Below are positions 11,501 to 24,875 of a stretch of DNA of 64,000 nt, one piece after another. Position numbers and translations under genes: made by a program. Positions within the stretch are counted from its first letter, which is position 1; every line of letters starts with the position of its first letter. The notes beneath the pieces are model-generated. The model ran no database searches, was not told the origin of the DNA, and saw nothing but the letters and a program-made list of their open reading frames with translations. The DNA comes from Piromyces finnis finn (Eukaryota > Fungi > Neocallimastigomycota), in contig MCFH01000076.1 in the NCBI GenBank assembly GCA_002104945.1, positions 62,001 through 126,000 on the forward strand, written 5' to 3'.

Positions 11501-13185
11501 TTTTTTGAAAGGTGCGAATCATCCTTTCAAAATTATATCAGACCACAGAAACCTCCTTTTTCAGAAGAAACCGGAGAAGATGACTCAGAGATTAATTAGA
11601 TGGTCCCTTTTCCTTGCTGAATTCGATTTTGTCATTGAATATCGCCCTGGTTCCTCGAACGGGAAAACCGATGCCTTGTCAAGAAGACCTGACTATCTTG
11701 ATCACTCTTGCAATTCCGATTCTAATAACTCTGTCTTTCGTCCCGAAAATTTCAGCTCCTGCTTTGCTTCATCCACTCCTTCTTCTCTTCTTGAAAAAAT
11801 TGCTCTCTCTTGTAAACTTGACAAATTCTTCATTGAGACTTCTAATCAACTTCTCAATGATAATTGTTCTTCTGACTACAAACTTAGTAACAACGTCCTC
11901 CTTTTCCAAGATAAAATCTATGTTCCTAATGATTGCCGAGTTGAAATTCTGTCTTCTTGTCATGACTCCCCTGCTGCCGGCCATTTTGGTATTTCAAAAA
12001 CTTTATCCTTGATTTCCCGTAACTACTGGTGGCCCAAAATGTATCAGGATGTTAAGGACTATGTCCGTTCTTGTGAGGTCTGCTGTCGTTCGAAATCCTC
12101 TAGACATAAACCTTACGGGTTATTATCCACTCTTCCTTTAGGTGAACGTCCCTGGTCTTCCATTGCTATGGATTTTATCACTGACCTCCCCTCTTCTCGT
12201 GGATTTACCTGTATCTTCGTTGTCATTGATCGATTGACAAAAATGGCTCACTTTATCCCTCTTGAAAAAGTTCCCACTGCTGAACGTGCTGCCGAAGCTT
12301 TCATTAACAACGTCTTCAAACTTCATGGATGCCCCTCCGACATTGTTCTCGACCAAGGTTCTCAGTTCACTTCAAAGTTTTGGAAGAAATTCTTTGCTAC
12401 CCTCAAGATTGATTTGAAATACTCTTCTGCTTATCACCACCAATCCAATGGCCAGACGGAGAGAGTGAACTCCGTTGTAGAACAATATCTACGCTGCTTC
12501 TCAAATTACAAAGGCACTAACTGGATCGAATACTTAAGCCTAGCTGAATTTAGTTACAATAATTCAGTTCAAGAATCTGCAAAACAAACACCCTTCTTCT
12601 TGAACTATGGTTTCCATCCTAATTTTAATCCAACAATTCCAACAACAAGTGAAGTTCCAAGAGCTGAAGAATACACAAAAGAATTAAAAGAAATTATCAG
12701 CACCCTCAAGAAAAACCTTTCGGAAGCCCAAAAGAAACAAGAACATTTCGCCAATAGACATAGACAACCAGGCCCGTCATTCAAACCAGGAGAAAAGGTA
12801 TGGTTAATCAATAATAATTTAGTTAAGGGAAATAAAAAATTCACCCCTCGGAAACTCGGTCCCTATGAAATTGAACAACAAATATCAGAAGTCTCATTCA
12901 AATTGAAACTCCCTGGTAACATGAAGATTGATCCGGTATTCCATAAATCATCTCTCGAGCCTTACTTCGAAGGGAAAAGTACAAACCGAAAAGTTCAACC
13001 TCCACCACCTGTCATTATAAACGAAGAGGAGGAATACGAAGTAGAAGAAATTCTGGACAAAAGAAGACGCTATAACAAAACTCAGTACTTGATCAAATGG
13101 AAAGGATATCCTATTTCAGAAGCCTCATGGGAACCCGAAGAAAATCTGAACTGTCCAGCAAAGCTAAGAGAATTCAACAAGACCC

Positions 13186-13233
<48 letters not shown>

Positions 13234-14021
13234 AATAATAATAAAATTAACTAATTTTCATTAATTTTTAGACACAAATGAGGGAATATCAATTTTTAGA
13301 ATAAACTTAACCGATACCGTTTTGGCGAAGCTCCCATAGGGATTTACTGGACTTACAAGCGTACCAAGAACAAGTACTATCAAACGGCCATATTGGAACC
13401 TTGCCTATGAAACCTCTAGTACTTGTTGGACATACTTTAGTCTTGGCGCCAACCCGCCTTACATCAAAGTTACTCTACCAACCCCGACTTCGAACCCACA
13501 ACCTTCTAGTTTATTGCCAACTACTCGACCATTGTACCACACCTTTTAATTCTCATATGAAGTCAACTGCCTATTTAAAACAAAAAAAAAAAAAAAAAAA
13601 AAATTATTAGCTTATAAATTCGTCTGGAATCCGAATTTAGAGGAGGAGCTTGTAATGAGGTATATCTAATGATAAGGGTTAGACTAGAAAATCATTAAGG
13701 TTAGATTAATGAAAATTTCATAATTATATTTTTATAACCAATCATTAAGTAATTAATTCACTTATCAAATTGTATTAAAAAAAAAAAAAATAATTTTCAT
13801 GTATAAAAGAGAGAATAAGAAAGATAAAATAGTTCTTTAGTGTTTTTATTAATAATTAATAAAAATTAGTTTTTTTTGTTTCGTCTTTAGTTTGATAATA
13901 CACTGACCTAGCGAGTTAGTCGTATTATAATAATAAATTTAATAAATAAACATTATTAAAAAAATTACATATATATTTGATACATTAGAGTGTGTGTTTA
14001 TTATTATAATATTTCGTTACA
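8554..14021 (+). mobile_element. Ty3/gypsy chromovirus 'element 1' (Tf1/sushi-like), inserted in the leader of element 2
   Basis: LTRs 8554-8922 and 13651-14021 appear identical except for poly-A length; TSD AATAT (8549-8553 / 14022-14026); PPT AGAGGAGGAG 13639-13648. Confidence 0.95.
8992..13190 (+). CDS. Element 1 gag-pol (Gag, CCHC knuckle, protease, RT, RNase H, integrase, chromodomain) with one -1 frame break at ~10500-10514
   Basis: [14 protein letters not shown]; LLDSGSQ; YIDDI; VETDAS; [10 protein letters not shown]; GQTERVN; LGPY; [13 protein letters not shown]...YLIKWKGY...SWEPEENL. ORFs 8992-10608 and 10584-13190 overlap in the -1 frame. Confidence 0.9.
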
Positions 14022-14767
14022 AATATTGAGTTGTCTTTTTAGTTAATTTTCAGCAAAAAATAACTTTTGTTTATCTTTTCGGTTAATTAATTACTAAGAT
14101 AATTAAAGTGTTTTATAGTAAGTTAGTAAGAGTGCAGTTTTATCACATATCGTGGGGGAGTAGAGCGCTAACTAATAAGTAAATATTACACCACTTAATA
14201 TTTATGACGGTTAGTTAGTGGAGGTCGAAAGGCACGGTGACGAAACTGTCGGGTACTCTGAAGGTACTATAATAACATAATCAATATTATTTTCGGCTTT
14301 ATAATAAAGAAATAAAAATAAACATCCTACTCTAAATTAAATATTTTTTTTAACAATACTAATATATAAATAACTTAATATAAATAAAATATATTCTTAA
14401 CATTTTCTCAAAAAAAAATTAAAATCTTCTTAATTACAATAAAACTAAAGCAAGTGTCTACAAGTGTTTACAAACAACAACCAATTACTCCTTTTATATT
14501 ACATTATATAAACGTTATATAAGATTATATTTTATTAATAACAGTAATAAATAAAATACCTGTAAATAAAATTATATTATTGTAAATAAAGACTATTGTA
14601 AATAAAAACATATTACTGTACTTATAACTAAATTATTGTAAATAAAGATTGTTGTAAATAAAAACATATTATTGTTCTTATAACTAAATTATTGAGAATA
14701 AATAAAAATTGAGTTTTTAAATAAAATATTAAAATAAAATTAAATAAAATAAAAATAAAAAGTAATA

Positions 14768-15736
14768 ATGGATAATACTACTAAAGGTATTACCTTTAAT
14801 AGAATACCTATTTTGGGTTCAACAAAGGTTGAATTTGATGATTGGGAATTTTCTTTCAAACATTGGTGTAATTTATATAAGGTACCAGAACAAGAAAAGT
14901 TAGAATACCTTATATCATTAACTACAGGTACAGCTAGAACAATTGTAGTTAATGCATTAAATAAAGAAACACCAGATGATTATAATACCATCATCAAAAA
15001 CCTTAAAAGTCATTTTAAAGGTTCAGTACCAAAGAATTCTAGATTATTAGAATTGTCTACTATTACAATAAAGAAAAATGAAAGTGTATCTGAATTCAAT
15101 ATTAAATTTGACTCTTTAATAAATAAAACAAACTTAAAAATGTCAAATGAAATCATATTGTCCTACTATATTAATGCTTTTAGAAACCTTACTAAAACTT
15201 ACGAAGCACTTTTAGAAGCTGAACCAAAAAGTTTAGAAGAAGCCAGAAACATTACTATTAAGAAAGAGAAAATTTTCAATATAGTTGAAGAAAATAGACC
15301 AAAAATAAGAACTTCCATTAATTCTAGAAGGTCTCCAAATGATAATAATGCTCAAAGAAATAATGATAGAGCATATTCAAATAATTTTAATAGTTATAAC
15401 CGAATGAATAACAATAACACTACTCAAAATAGTTTTAAAAATTATAATAATAGAAATTATACTAATAACTACAGAAATAATAATTATAATAGTAATATTC
15501 AAAATAATAACTACAATAATGATAACAATAATTATTCAAGATTTAATAATATTAATCAAAACGTTGAGCAAAGAAAAAGTACCTTAAAATACCCACAAAA
15601 TAATGATGATGAGTTAAAAGAAATAACTCAAAAGCTTGCTGACATAAAAATTAATGTTTGCTTAAATTGTAAAAGAATAGGTCATACTACGAATGATTGT
15701 CCAGAATTAGATGACGAATACAATCATTTAAACTAA
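14768..15736 (+). CDS. Element 2 Gag (Asn-rich linker, CCHC zinc knuckle)
   Basis: CLNCKRIGHTTNDC; ends in T TTA AAC TAA. Confidence 0.85.
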   Translation: MDNTTKGITFNRIPILGSTKVEFDDWEFSFKHWCNLYKVPEQEKLEYLISLTTGTARTIVVNALNKETPDDYNTIIKNLKSHFKGSVPKNSRLLELSTITIKKNESVSEFNIKFDSLINKTNLKMSNEIILSYYINAFRNLTKTYEALLEAEPKSLEEARNITIKKEKIFNIVEENRPKIRTSINSRRSPNDNNAQRNNDRAYSNNFNSYNRMNNNNTTQNSFKNYNNRNYTNNYRNNNYNSNIQNNNYNNDNNNYSRFNNINQNVEQRKSTLKYPQNNDDELKEITQKLADIKINVCLNCKRIGHTTNDCPELDDEYNHLN

Positions 15737-18700
15737 ATAATGGGAGTAAGCAATCTCCCATAAAAACTAAAATTGCAAATAGTTCACAAAATACACAAGA
15801 AGCACAAATAAATCCCAATATCTCTAATGAAAATAATTATTCTATTAATGCGGCTCAAAAGAAGAAAATAAATGTTAAAACAGTAGATAAAAATAAAATA
15901 TTACCAAATAATAAAAGTATTGTCAAACCCTCAATACTTAACCAACCTAACATTAGGAATTTAAAGCAACAAAAGAAGGCTATTAGAGATACTCGTAGAA
16001 GAAAAATTAGTGAAGATAAAGATGAAGTTATGGAAGAAACCCCAAATGAAGAAATAGAAATAGAAAGTGAAGAAGAACAAAATAATACAAATGAAATACC
16101 TTTAGAAGAAGTTACTAATACAAAAGAACATATCCAACCTATTGAAATTAATAACTCTAATGATTCTACCAATGAAGAAACTTTTAAAAATAATAATGAA
16201 ACAAGTGATGTAAAAGTAAAGAAAAATTCTGTCAAAACCAAAGTAACCACAAAAAGAAATATGACAGAAATACAAATGTTAAAAACCAAAGATAAATTTA
16301 GTATAATTAAAGAAGCAAATAATTTATATCCAAAAATAAGTCTTTCCCAATTACTTTCTGCTAGTCCATCACTTAGAAAAGAATTAGAACAAGGATGTAA
16401 ACCTAAAGTTGAAAAAGTGATGTACTCCTTTAATAACTCTAATATTCCATTAATAATTGGTGATATAGATGGAAAATATTTAAAAATTCTTTATGATACT
16501 GGCGTAAATGTCAATATCATTACTACAAATGGTTTTAATAAACTATCAAATAAAAATATTGAAAAAAGTGATGAGGAACAAAATATAACTATTGCTAATG
16601 GTACTACTGTTCCTACAAATGTTTTTACTACTTTAAAAATAAATATTAATAATTGTTGTACTATTTTAGAAAAATTTTATATTATTGAACAAAGTAATCC
16701 ATACTTTGATATAATTTTTGGAAGAGGTATTCAAAAGAAATACCGTTTATTTATTGACCCTGATGATGATTATTGTAAAGATATAATATATATCTTTAGA
16801 TTATTTAATAATTAATTATTAATTATTAAATAATAAATTAATATTTAGTAAAACTGATTATAAAATTTTTGAGTAAATTTTATGGAATAATTTAATAATA
16901 AATTATTTTATAATAATTCCGTTAAATTTAAATTAAGATAAATATTTAAGTTTAAGGAATAAAAGAATTTTAATTAAATTTAAATATTTCAAATATTTTA
17001 AATAATTAAAATATTTTTCAAATACTTTTTATTTAATTTTAGAATAGATTATACTTTTTTATTTAAATTTAGAATAGTTTAATAATTTTAACTTAGTTTT
17101 AAAAATAGATTTATTTATATTTCAATAGGAAATATATTAAGAATAGTATTGATAATATTAAATTAATTTATAGAAAATACATGGGCTTTATTCAATTTTG
17201 AGTTTACTCAAATTGAATTAAAAGTATAATGAATTAGTTTAGTTTAGTTCTGTTATTTTATTATTTAATTAAATTAGTTTTGTTTATTTTATATTAAATA
17301 TATGTTTATTTAAATAGAATAATATATTAGAATATAATTATGAAAAAATATAAATACATGTAATTTTTATTTGTTAAATCGATGTAATTGTTATTTTCAA
17401 TTTTTTAATTATTAACTATTATATAGTTAATAATATTTTTAAGAGTTTAAATAAAAATGTTTTTTTTTTAAAATAAAAATTTAATGTTTTATTTTTTTAT
17501 TTTTGTGTTATTAAAAATTGTTTTGTTTTAAGTATAAAATCTGTTTTAAATTTTATACTTTTACAATTATATATACCAGAAAACTAAAAAAGGTTTAAAG
17601 AAAATTACAAACATTATCAATAGTAATGATAATGATGCTAATGATATTCCCTTAATGAATTCTATAATTATTTCAAAAGAAGAAAACCAAGAATTTCAAG
17701 ATACATTAAAAGAAATTTTAAATTCAACACCTGATAATATTAAATCAAAATTTGAACATATTATAAATAAATATAAAAATTGTATGGCTACATCAATGTC
17801 TCAATTAACTACTGCGGATCTAGAGCCTCATTCTATAATTACTACTACTAATAAACCAATAAAATTAAAACCTTATAAATTATCTAAGGAACATGCTGAT
17901 ATTTTAAAAAGTGAAATTCTTTCATTACTTGATAAAGGTTTAATTACTCCTTCTCACTCTCCATGGTCATTTCCAGTTCTGCTTGTACAAAAGAAAAATG
18001 GTAAATGGAGAATGTGTATTGATTATAGAAGACTTAATGAAATTACCATTAAGGATTCTTATGCACTTCCTTTTATTGATGAATTAATTTCTTCTGTTAA
18101 TGGTGCAAAAATATTTTCTGCTTTAGATTTATATTCTGGCTATCATCAAATTCCTATGAATCCAAATGATGTTGAGAAAACTGCTTTTACAACAAAATTT
18201 GGTAATTATAATTTTAAAGTAATGCCATTTGGTTTAACTAATGCTCCCGCTACTTTCCAGCGAGAAATGAATAGGATTCTCTTACCATTAATTGGTAAAT
18301 GTCTTTTTGTTTACATTGATGATATTGTTGTTTATTCTAAATCACCAGAAGAACATCTTTATCATTTACAACAAGTTTTTGAAATATTATCTAAATATAA
18401 TCTTTCTCTTAATTTACAAAAATGTAAATTCTTTCAAGAAAAGGTAGAAGTACTAGGACATGTACTTACACCTAACGGATTAAAAACTGTTCCTTCTAAA
18501 GTTCAAAGTATTGCTTTATGGAATGCTCCAAGAAATGTTAATGAACTAAGATCATTCCTAGGTTTAGCTAGTTACTACCGCAAATTTATTCAAAATTTTT
18601 CTATTAGAGCAAGCTCTCTTTTTAATTTATTAAAGAAAGACCAAGAATATATTTGGTCACAAGAATGTAATAATGCTTTTGAAGATATCCGACAATGTCT

Positions 18701-20351
18701 ATTAAGTGATCCTATTTTAAGTTATCCTGATTTTAATAAAGAATTTATTATTCGTACTGATGCATCAACTAATGGCATTGGTGCTGTACTCTTACAGGTG
18801 GAGGGGGACAAATTGGAACATCCAATTTGTTGTATTAGTCGTACTTTATCTACTTCAGAAAAGAATTATTCTGTTACTGACCTTGAAGGATTAGCTATTT
18901 ATTATGCAATTCTACAATTTCGTCAATATATTATAAGTAATAAAAATCCTACCATATTAATTACTGATCATAAACCATTACTGGGATTTTATAAAAAGAA
19001 TATTCCATCAAAAGGTAGACATGCAAGATGGATTGAAGAATTTAATAAATATAAAATTGAATTAAAATATGATAAAGGAAAGAAAAATGTTTTTGCTGAT
19101 GCCCTTTCAAGATTACCTTCTAAAAATTCTGATGAAATAGTAAATTGTGCTTATGCAATTTTGTCTGATTTTAATCCAAGAGATTTAGACCTACCTGAAG
19201 GAATAAAAAAATATTTTACTAAAAATTATCAAGTTGTTGATAATACTCTTTATTATAAAAAAGATGAATTATATCTTAAAGTTATTTACAAAGATGAAGA
19301 TAAAAAAGATATTATTAGTCGTGCTCATTCTGTTGGTCATGAAGGTGCTGAAAAGACCACAAATAGAATTTTAAAATCTTATTATTGGCCTGGTATTTGG
19401 AATGATGTTAGAATGTGGGTAAAGTCCTGTAGAAAATGTCAACTTTGTAGACCTAAGCCTTTACCTAAAAATACTGAAGATAATATAACCCCAATTGAAC
19501 AACCATTTACTAGAGTCGGATTAGATATAGTTGGCCCATTACCACTTACTAAACATGGAAATTCTTATATTATTACCCTTGTTGATTATTTCACTAAATG
19601 GGTTGAAGCTAAAGCAATTCCAAATATGAAATCAGAAGTAATAACAAGACATGGTCCACCAGAAATAATTGTTACTGATAATGGAAGTTCATTTATTTCT
19701 GATATTACTAAAATGATGATTGATTTATATGGATCATGGGTTCATTTTGTTTCTCCTCATCACCCACAATCTAATGGTATGATTGAGAATAGAAACAAAG
19801 AAATAGGAAAAACTTTAAGACTCTTAATTGAAAATGAATCTGAATGGGATGAATATCTACCATCTGCATTATGGTCACTTAGAACTACCAAAAATTCAAA
19901 AACAAAGTTTAGTAGTTTCGAATTATTATATGGTAGAAGAGACACATGGCCATTAGAAATAATGTTTCCCGATATTTATAAAGATCCTAATGAAACAGAA
20001 GAAGAATATATTTTTAGAAGATTTTTAAGGCATCAAAATTGGGTAAAACAAGCTACTGAATATTCTAATCATGCTAATCAATATTGGGAACATAGAATAG
20101 GTTTATCCAAAGCTTTAAAGAAGACTTATAAACCGGGTGATTATGTTATGATAAGATTAATAGGAAGAAGTAAATTAAATCCTTATTTTTATGGTCCTTA
20201 TAAAGTTGTTAATAAACAAAAATTTAATACTGTTGTACTTGAAGATCCACATACAGGAAAACTACTTGATAGAAATGTACATATTAAAAATATTTTTCCT
20301 TACGTTCTACCAGAACAAAATTTAACTTCAAGGGACGAAGTTAATTCTTAA
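15727..20351 (+). CDS. Element 2 Pol (protease, RT, RNase H, integrase with GPY motif) in the -1 frame, interrupted by the solo LTR at 16774-17565
   Basis: The -1 frame is open from 15727 into ORF 16030 (LYDTG protease). Removing the LTR plus one ATTAT gives ...DPDDDY-IYQKTKK...IPLMNS, in frame with ORF 17655 (YIDDI, RTDAS, GHEG, TDNG, SNGMIENRN, FYGPY). Confidence 0.9.
16774..17565 (+). mobile_element. Solo LTR A2 inside element 2 pol
   Basis: TG...CA; TSD ATTAT (16769-16773 / 17566-17570); near-identical to 28239-29026. Confidence 0.92.
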
Positions 20352-21172
20352 AAGGCCGAGAAACTGATAAATAATGAAATTAATAAATATAAAATTATTA
20401 TTATACCTGATTTTTAAGTTAACCCTAAAAGTAACTTAAAACAAGTTATAGTTTAATTAAGTACTTTACCAAAATTCTAAAATAAAATTAATCCTAAACA
20501 CTGCATATGTTTTGATTATTGAAAGAAAATAATAAACTTTAATTAATCGAGATCAAAATATATAACTCTTGTTAAATTAATTGTTAAATTAAATATTTAA
20601 TAACTTCGTTAGTAAATTACACTTTAAAAGTAAACAAATATAATAATTCATGTTATAAAATAATATAATTAAACACCTTTATTAAAACATTAAAAATAAT
20701 TATTACTTTAATTAATTGTAAAATAAACAACTTTTTATATTCTTTAACTTTTAATTATTTCTTTTATTGTTATTTCTAATTACTTTTATTGTAAATAGTT
20801 ATTAATTTTATTGTTTTAATGTAAATAGTTTAAATTTAAAAGAAAATATAAATACATGTAAATATTCTTATTTTAATCATTATTATTATTATTAATAAAG
20901 AAATATTATATAGTTAGATTAATATTTATAATTTTAATAATCACTTTTATACTTAAATAAATAAAATTTTAAATATTTAAATATTAGAAAAACAAGTGTT
21001 TCTAATAAAACAATTTAGTGTTTTAACAAAACAATTTTATTAATTTTTATAAAAACGATCTTAAATCTTAATCAATATAACTTATATAGTTATAACAAAA
21101 GATATAATATAATAATCACTTTTTGAAGTAAAATTCAAAATTAAGATTATTATCAAATTATATCATCTTGTG

Positions 21173-21999
21173 TGTAAGAATTAATAATTATTTATTGAAT
21201 AATTATTAATTCTTATTTAATTATTTTTTTAATTATTAAATTAATTAATCATTTAAATTATTAGCATACATTCATTTAAATTACTATAAACAGTTATTTA
21301 TATTAATATTAATTATTCATTTACTAAATGTAAAATTTATTTAATTATTATATTAATTAATTATTTATTTAATTTAGTAATTTATCTAAAATAATAGTAA
21401 ACATTCATTTATTTTATTATTTAATAATTTTTGTATTACATTTTATAAGAAACATTATGTATTTTATTTTATGTTTGTATTTTATATTTATGTATCGTAT
21501 CTTGAAATAACTTATAGAAACAACTAGAAGATATAAATAAATATTAGGACAATCGGATATTAAGGTTTTTCCGAATTTTATTCGGTTTTACTTAATATTA
21601 TGATGATTGATATATTAGTTATCAATCGAATATCTTTTTAGGTTTTTCTTCTAGTCTTTTCCTAAAAAGATTATTTGTTAAGATTAGAAATTTTTTATTA
21701 AACTTTAAATTATTAAAAAATTATAAATAAAAGAACTCTGGAATTCCACTTAAAAATCCAGAGTTATTATTATAAGAACTATTATAATAAATAACCTTTA
21801 TTAAAAAACAATATTAATAAAATATTTTAAGTTAAATAACATTAAAAATTTTGTGTTGTTTATTATACTTCCTTATAATAAACTCTTATTAAGATAAGTA
21901 TAAAATTTTATTTTAACTTCTCAGTTTAATAATACTAATTATTATTAAATTGTAGATAATAATTATTATTATATAATATATATAATAATAATTATTACA
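21173..21999. mobile_element. Solo LTR, family G
   Basis: TGTAAG...ATTACA; TSD TTGTG (21168-21172 / 22000-22004); single copy in the window. Confidence 0.75.
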
Positions 22000-22002
22000 T
22001 TG

Positions 22003-22773
22003 TGATACAAGATGCATAGAAAAATATAATATTTTAAATATTTTATGAATAATATCTAATCCTTTTATAAATTGTATATCAATTACTAGTGTTAATAATA
22101 ATTAAACTATATTAGTATAAATTATTATGACACAAATGTTACACATATATTAGAATAATTAATTACACAAGAAATGAAAAGATATAAAAATAGTGAAAAA
22201 GAACAAGATATAAAAAGGAAAAAGAGAAAACTTTTCATTTATAAATAATATTTGATATTTTAGTTTTAAGTATAAGTTCTATTTTATTTTATTTTAGTTA
22301 CAGTTTATTTTAGTTTAGTTTTAGGTCACTAATTACGTATTTAGTATTTATTATATTTAATTCAGTTTAAAATATTAATTATAAAAGAAAAGAATAATTA
22401 TTGTTTATTTTTATTATTTCAAAAAGTTATATTTTATTATTAATAAGAATTTTATCAACATATTTTTATATTTACATTTTATATTTAAGTATTTATATTT
22501 ATTAAACAATAACTTTCGATTCTACTAGTATTGAATGTTATTAATGTTATAATTATAATCATAATAATAATAATAATAATTAAATAAAGAAACTTTAAAC
22601 CAAAATCTATTTAATTATATTATTATAAAATTTATTATTTTTATTATTTATTTTTATTATTATAAAATAGAAATAAATACAATATTATCTAATATATTAT
22701 TCAACTCTCATTCCCTATTGCTAACGTTCACAATTATATTTTATTTATGGTGTTTTTGAAATATATTGCATCA
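22003..22773. mobile_element. Solo LTR D1' (second D1 copy)
   Basis: Homologous to 5756-6516; followed by the same CTT-TGATA junction; TSD CTTG / CTTT (1 mismatch). Confidence 0.75.
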
Positions 22774-22776
22774 CTT

Positions 22777-23040
22777 TGATAAATAATGAAATTAATAAAT
22801 ATAAAATTATTATTATACCTGATTTTTAAGTTAACCCTAAAAGTAACTTAAAACAAGTTATAGTTTAATTAAGTACTTTACCAAAATTCTAAAATAAAAT
22901 TAATCCTAAACACTGCATATGTTTTGATTATTGAAAGAAAATAATAAACTTTAATTAATAGAGATCAAAATATATAACTTTTGTTAAATTAATTGTTAAA
23001 TTAAATATTTAATAACTTCGTTAGTAAATTACACTTTAAA
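22777..23040 (+). mobile_element. Truncated third copy of the element-2 LTR (D2')
   Basis: Matches 6520-~6783, then joins an antisense A fragment at a TTTAAAA microhomology. Confidence 0.8.
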
Positions 23041-23042
23041 AT

Positions 23043-23178
23043 TAATCTTTATTTAATTATTCCATAAAATTTATACAATAAATTTTATAAACAATTTTTC
23101 ATTAAAATATCAAAATTATTATTCAATAATTATTAATTAATTATTAAATAATTTAAAGATATACTTTATATCTTTACA
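23043..23178 (-). mobile_element. U3-end fragment of an A1 LTR
   Basis: Reverse complement of the TGTAAAGATATAAAGTATATCTTT start. Confidence 0.75.
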
Positions 23179-24875
23179 GTAATATTTAATTATTATTAAT
23201 TTGTAGAAGAAGTTATTTATAATTTATTTATAAGTAACTTCTTACATGTTGATACGTGACGAACAGAAAATACTACTTTTGGTAGAAATTCCAGGTTAAT
23301 GTCAAGAGGTAGAGTGGATTTAAAACTATAATTAAGTCTACTAGGTTAGGATAGGCTTAATTATATAGTAAATAATAAATTTTTATAAATAAAAGAGTAA
23401 TAAATATAGTTTTTTAAGAAATATTTTATTTAATTTTTATAATATAAATAAATGATAATTATTAATTTTAAATATTGAATTTACTATATAAAAATGAGTA
23501 TAATAATCTCACAAAGAACTTCTTAAAGTTGTTCTTTGTTCAACTTATTTATACTTTCATTTTTAATATAATGTTGATATTAATAAAGTATAATAATAAT
23601 ATTTTTAAGTTATACATGTATAATAATATAAATATAAATATTAATAAAATATAATAATAATAATATAATTTTCTTTAAATATCGATATTAATAAGTTGTT
23701 AAAAATAATATTAATAATTATTTAAATGAATCTTATTTTACTAATTGATTTGTTTAATATTAATTAATTGTTACACTATTTATCTCCGGATAATAAATAG
23801 CTTTCCAATTAATATTTATATTAAATAAACTATTATTAGTAAAATATTATTAAATTAATATTTTAATTAATTTAACTAATAATTCAAAATTATGAAATTT
23901 CATGAATTGTGATTTTGACAGTTAATTCATATAAGGGTTAAGATAATAATAAATTAATAATAACTTTAATTAATAATGAAATTAATTAATATAAAATTAA
24001 TTAAAAAAAATATTTAATATGTACTAATATAAATATAATTAATAATTAAATAATTAAAATGATGTTCTTGATTTTGTAATTAAGTTCCAAAAGATAATAA
24101 GATATAATAAAATGAGAAATTTAGTAATAGTTTAGTAATATTAATAGTGAATAAGTAGTATATTTATATAGGAAAGATAGTTATTTTAAATATGTATTAT
24201 TAATAATAAATAAATGTAAAATACTAATTATAATATATTTTAATAAAGATAAATATTTAATAATAATAAAAGGCTTATTTTGTTTATAATAATAATAATA
24301 ATAACAATAAATAATAATAAATAAGTAAATAAGTACATAATAACTATATCACATAATTATTAATAACTGGAATATATTATTTCAGCAATATTCCTTATTT
24401 CCACAACCTCAAAATAAATAATAATATTATGATATTTAATTTTATAACGTATTATTGTAAGAAATATTTGTGGCCATAAGTTTGCCCACAAATATTTCAA
24501 TTGAAACCATGTGAAGATATTAACTGGATTTAAAACAAATTCAGATAATATCTATAATTAATTAAACATAATAATTAGAATTAAATGATCCCAATAATTA
24601 TTTTAAAACACCTTTAAAAGTCACCTTTTAAATTTTGGTTCAGTGAAAGGGCTATGATTTCAAAAATTTAATATCAATACACTATAACCCTTAGCCGAAA
24701 ATAAACAAACACGAAACAAGTGCTACGGCTGTGAAACCGGGTTTATTAGAAAGCTTAAGGAAAAAGCTATATTTTGGTACAATCGCGGTCCTTCTAACTG
24801 GTCATTTAAGAAAGATATGGTCATTTGAAGATTTTAATAAGTAAATTAAAATTAATATGATATCAAGTATGGATC

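Larger units (their letters stand above)
6520..21165 (+). mobile_element. Ty3/gypsy LTR retrotransposon 'element 2' (no chromodomain, tRNA-primed, -1 frameshift type); hosts element 1 and an A2 solo LTR
   Basis: Two 801-bp LTRs TGATA...TATCA (6520-7320, 20365-21165) with about 7 substitutions seen; 4-bp TSD TCTT (right copy 21166-21169, left copy restored by removing D1); PBS, gag, pol and a purine-rich tract at ~20350-20364. Confidence 0.9.

Noticed and set aside
9239-12844. Short alternative-frame and antisense ORFs over pol genes (also 19760, 29561-33049, 38837-42225) and over KRS1 (61885, 62537, 62992)
   Set aside because: Shadow frames of GC-richer coding DNA with no recognisable motifs.
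15855-16289. 144-aa hydrophobic antisense ORF resembling a membrane or env-like protein
   Set aside because: It is the reverse complement of the Lys/Glu/Asn-rich pre-protease region, which automatically yields Phe/Leu/Ser-rich text.
16774-17565. Solo LTRs acting as spliceable introns (TGTAAAG resembles a donor, TTTTACA-G an acceptor)
   Set aside because: Splicing at those sites leaves 5 extra nt (frameshift), and most TSDs do not start with G, so no AG is formed.
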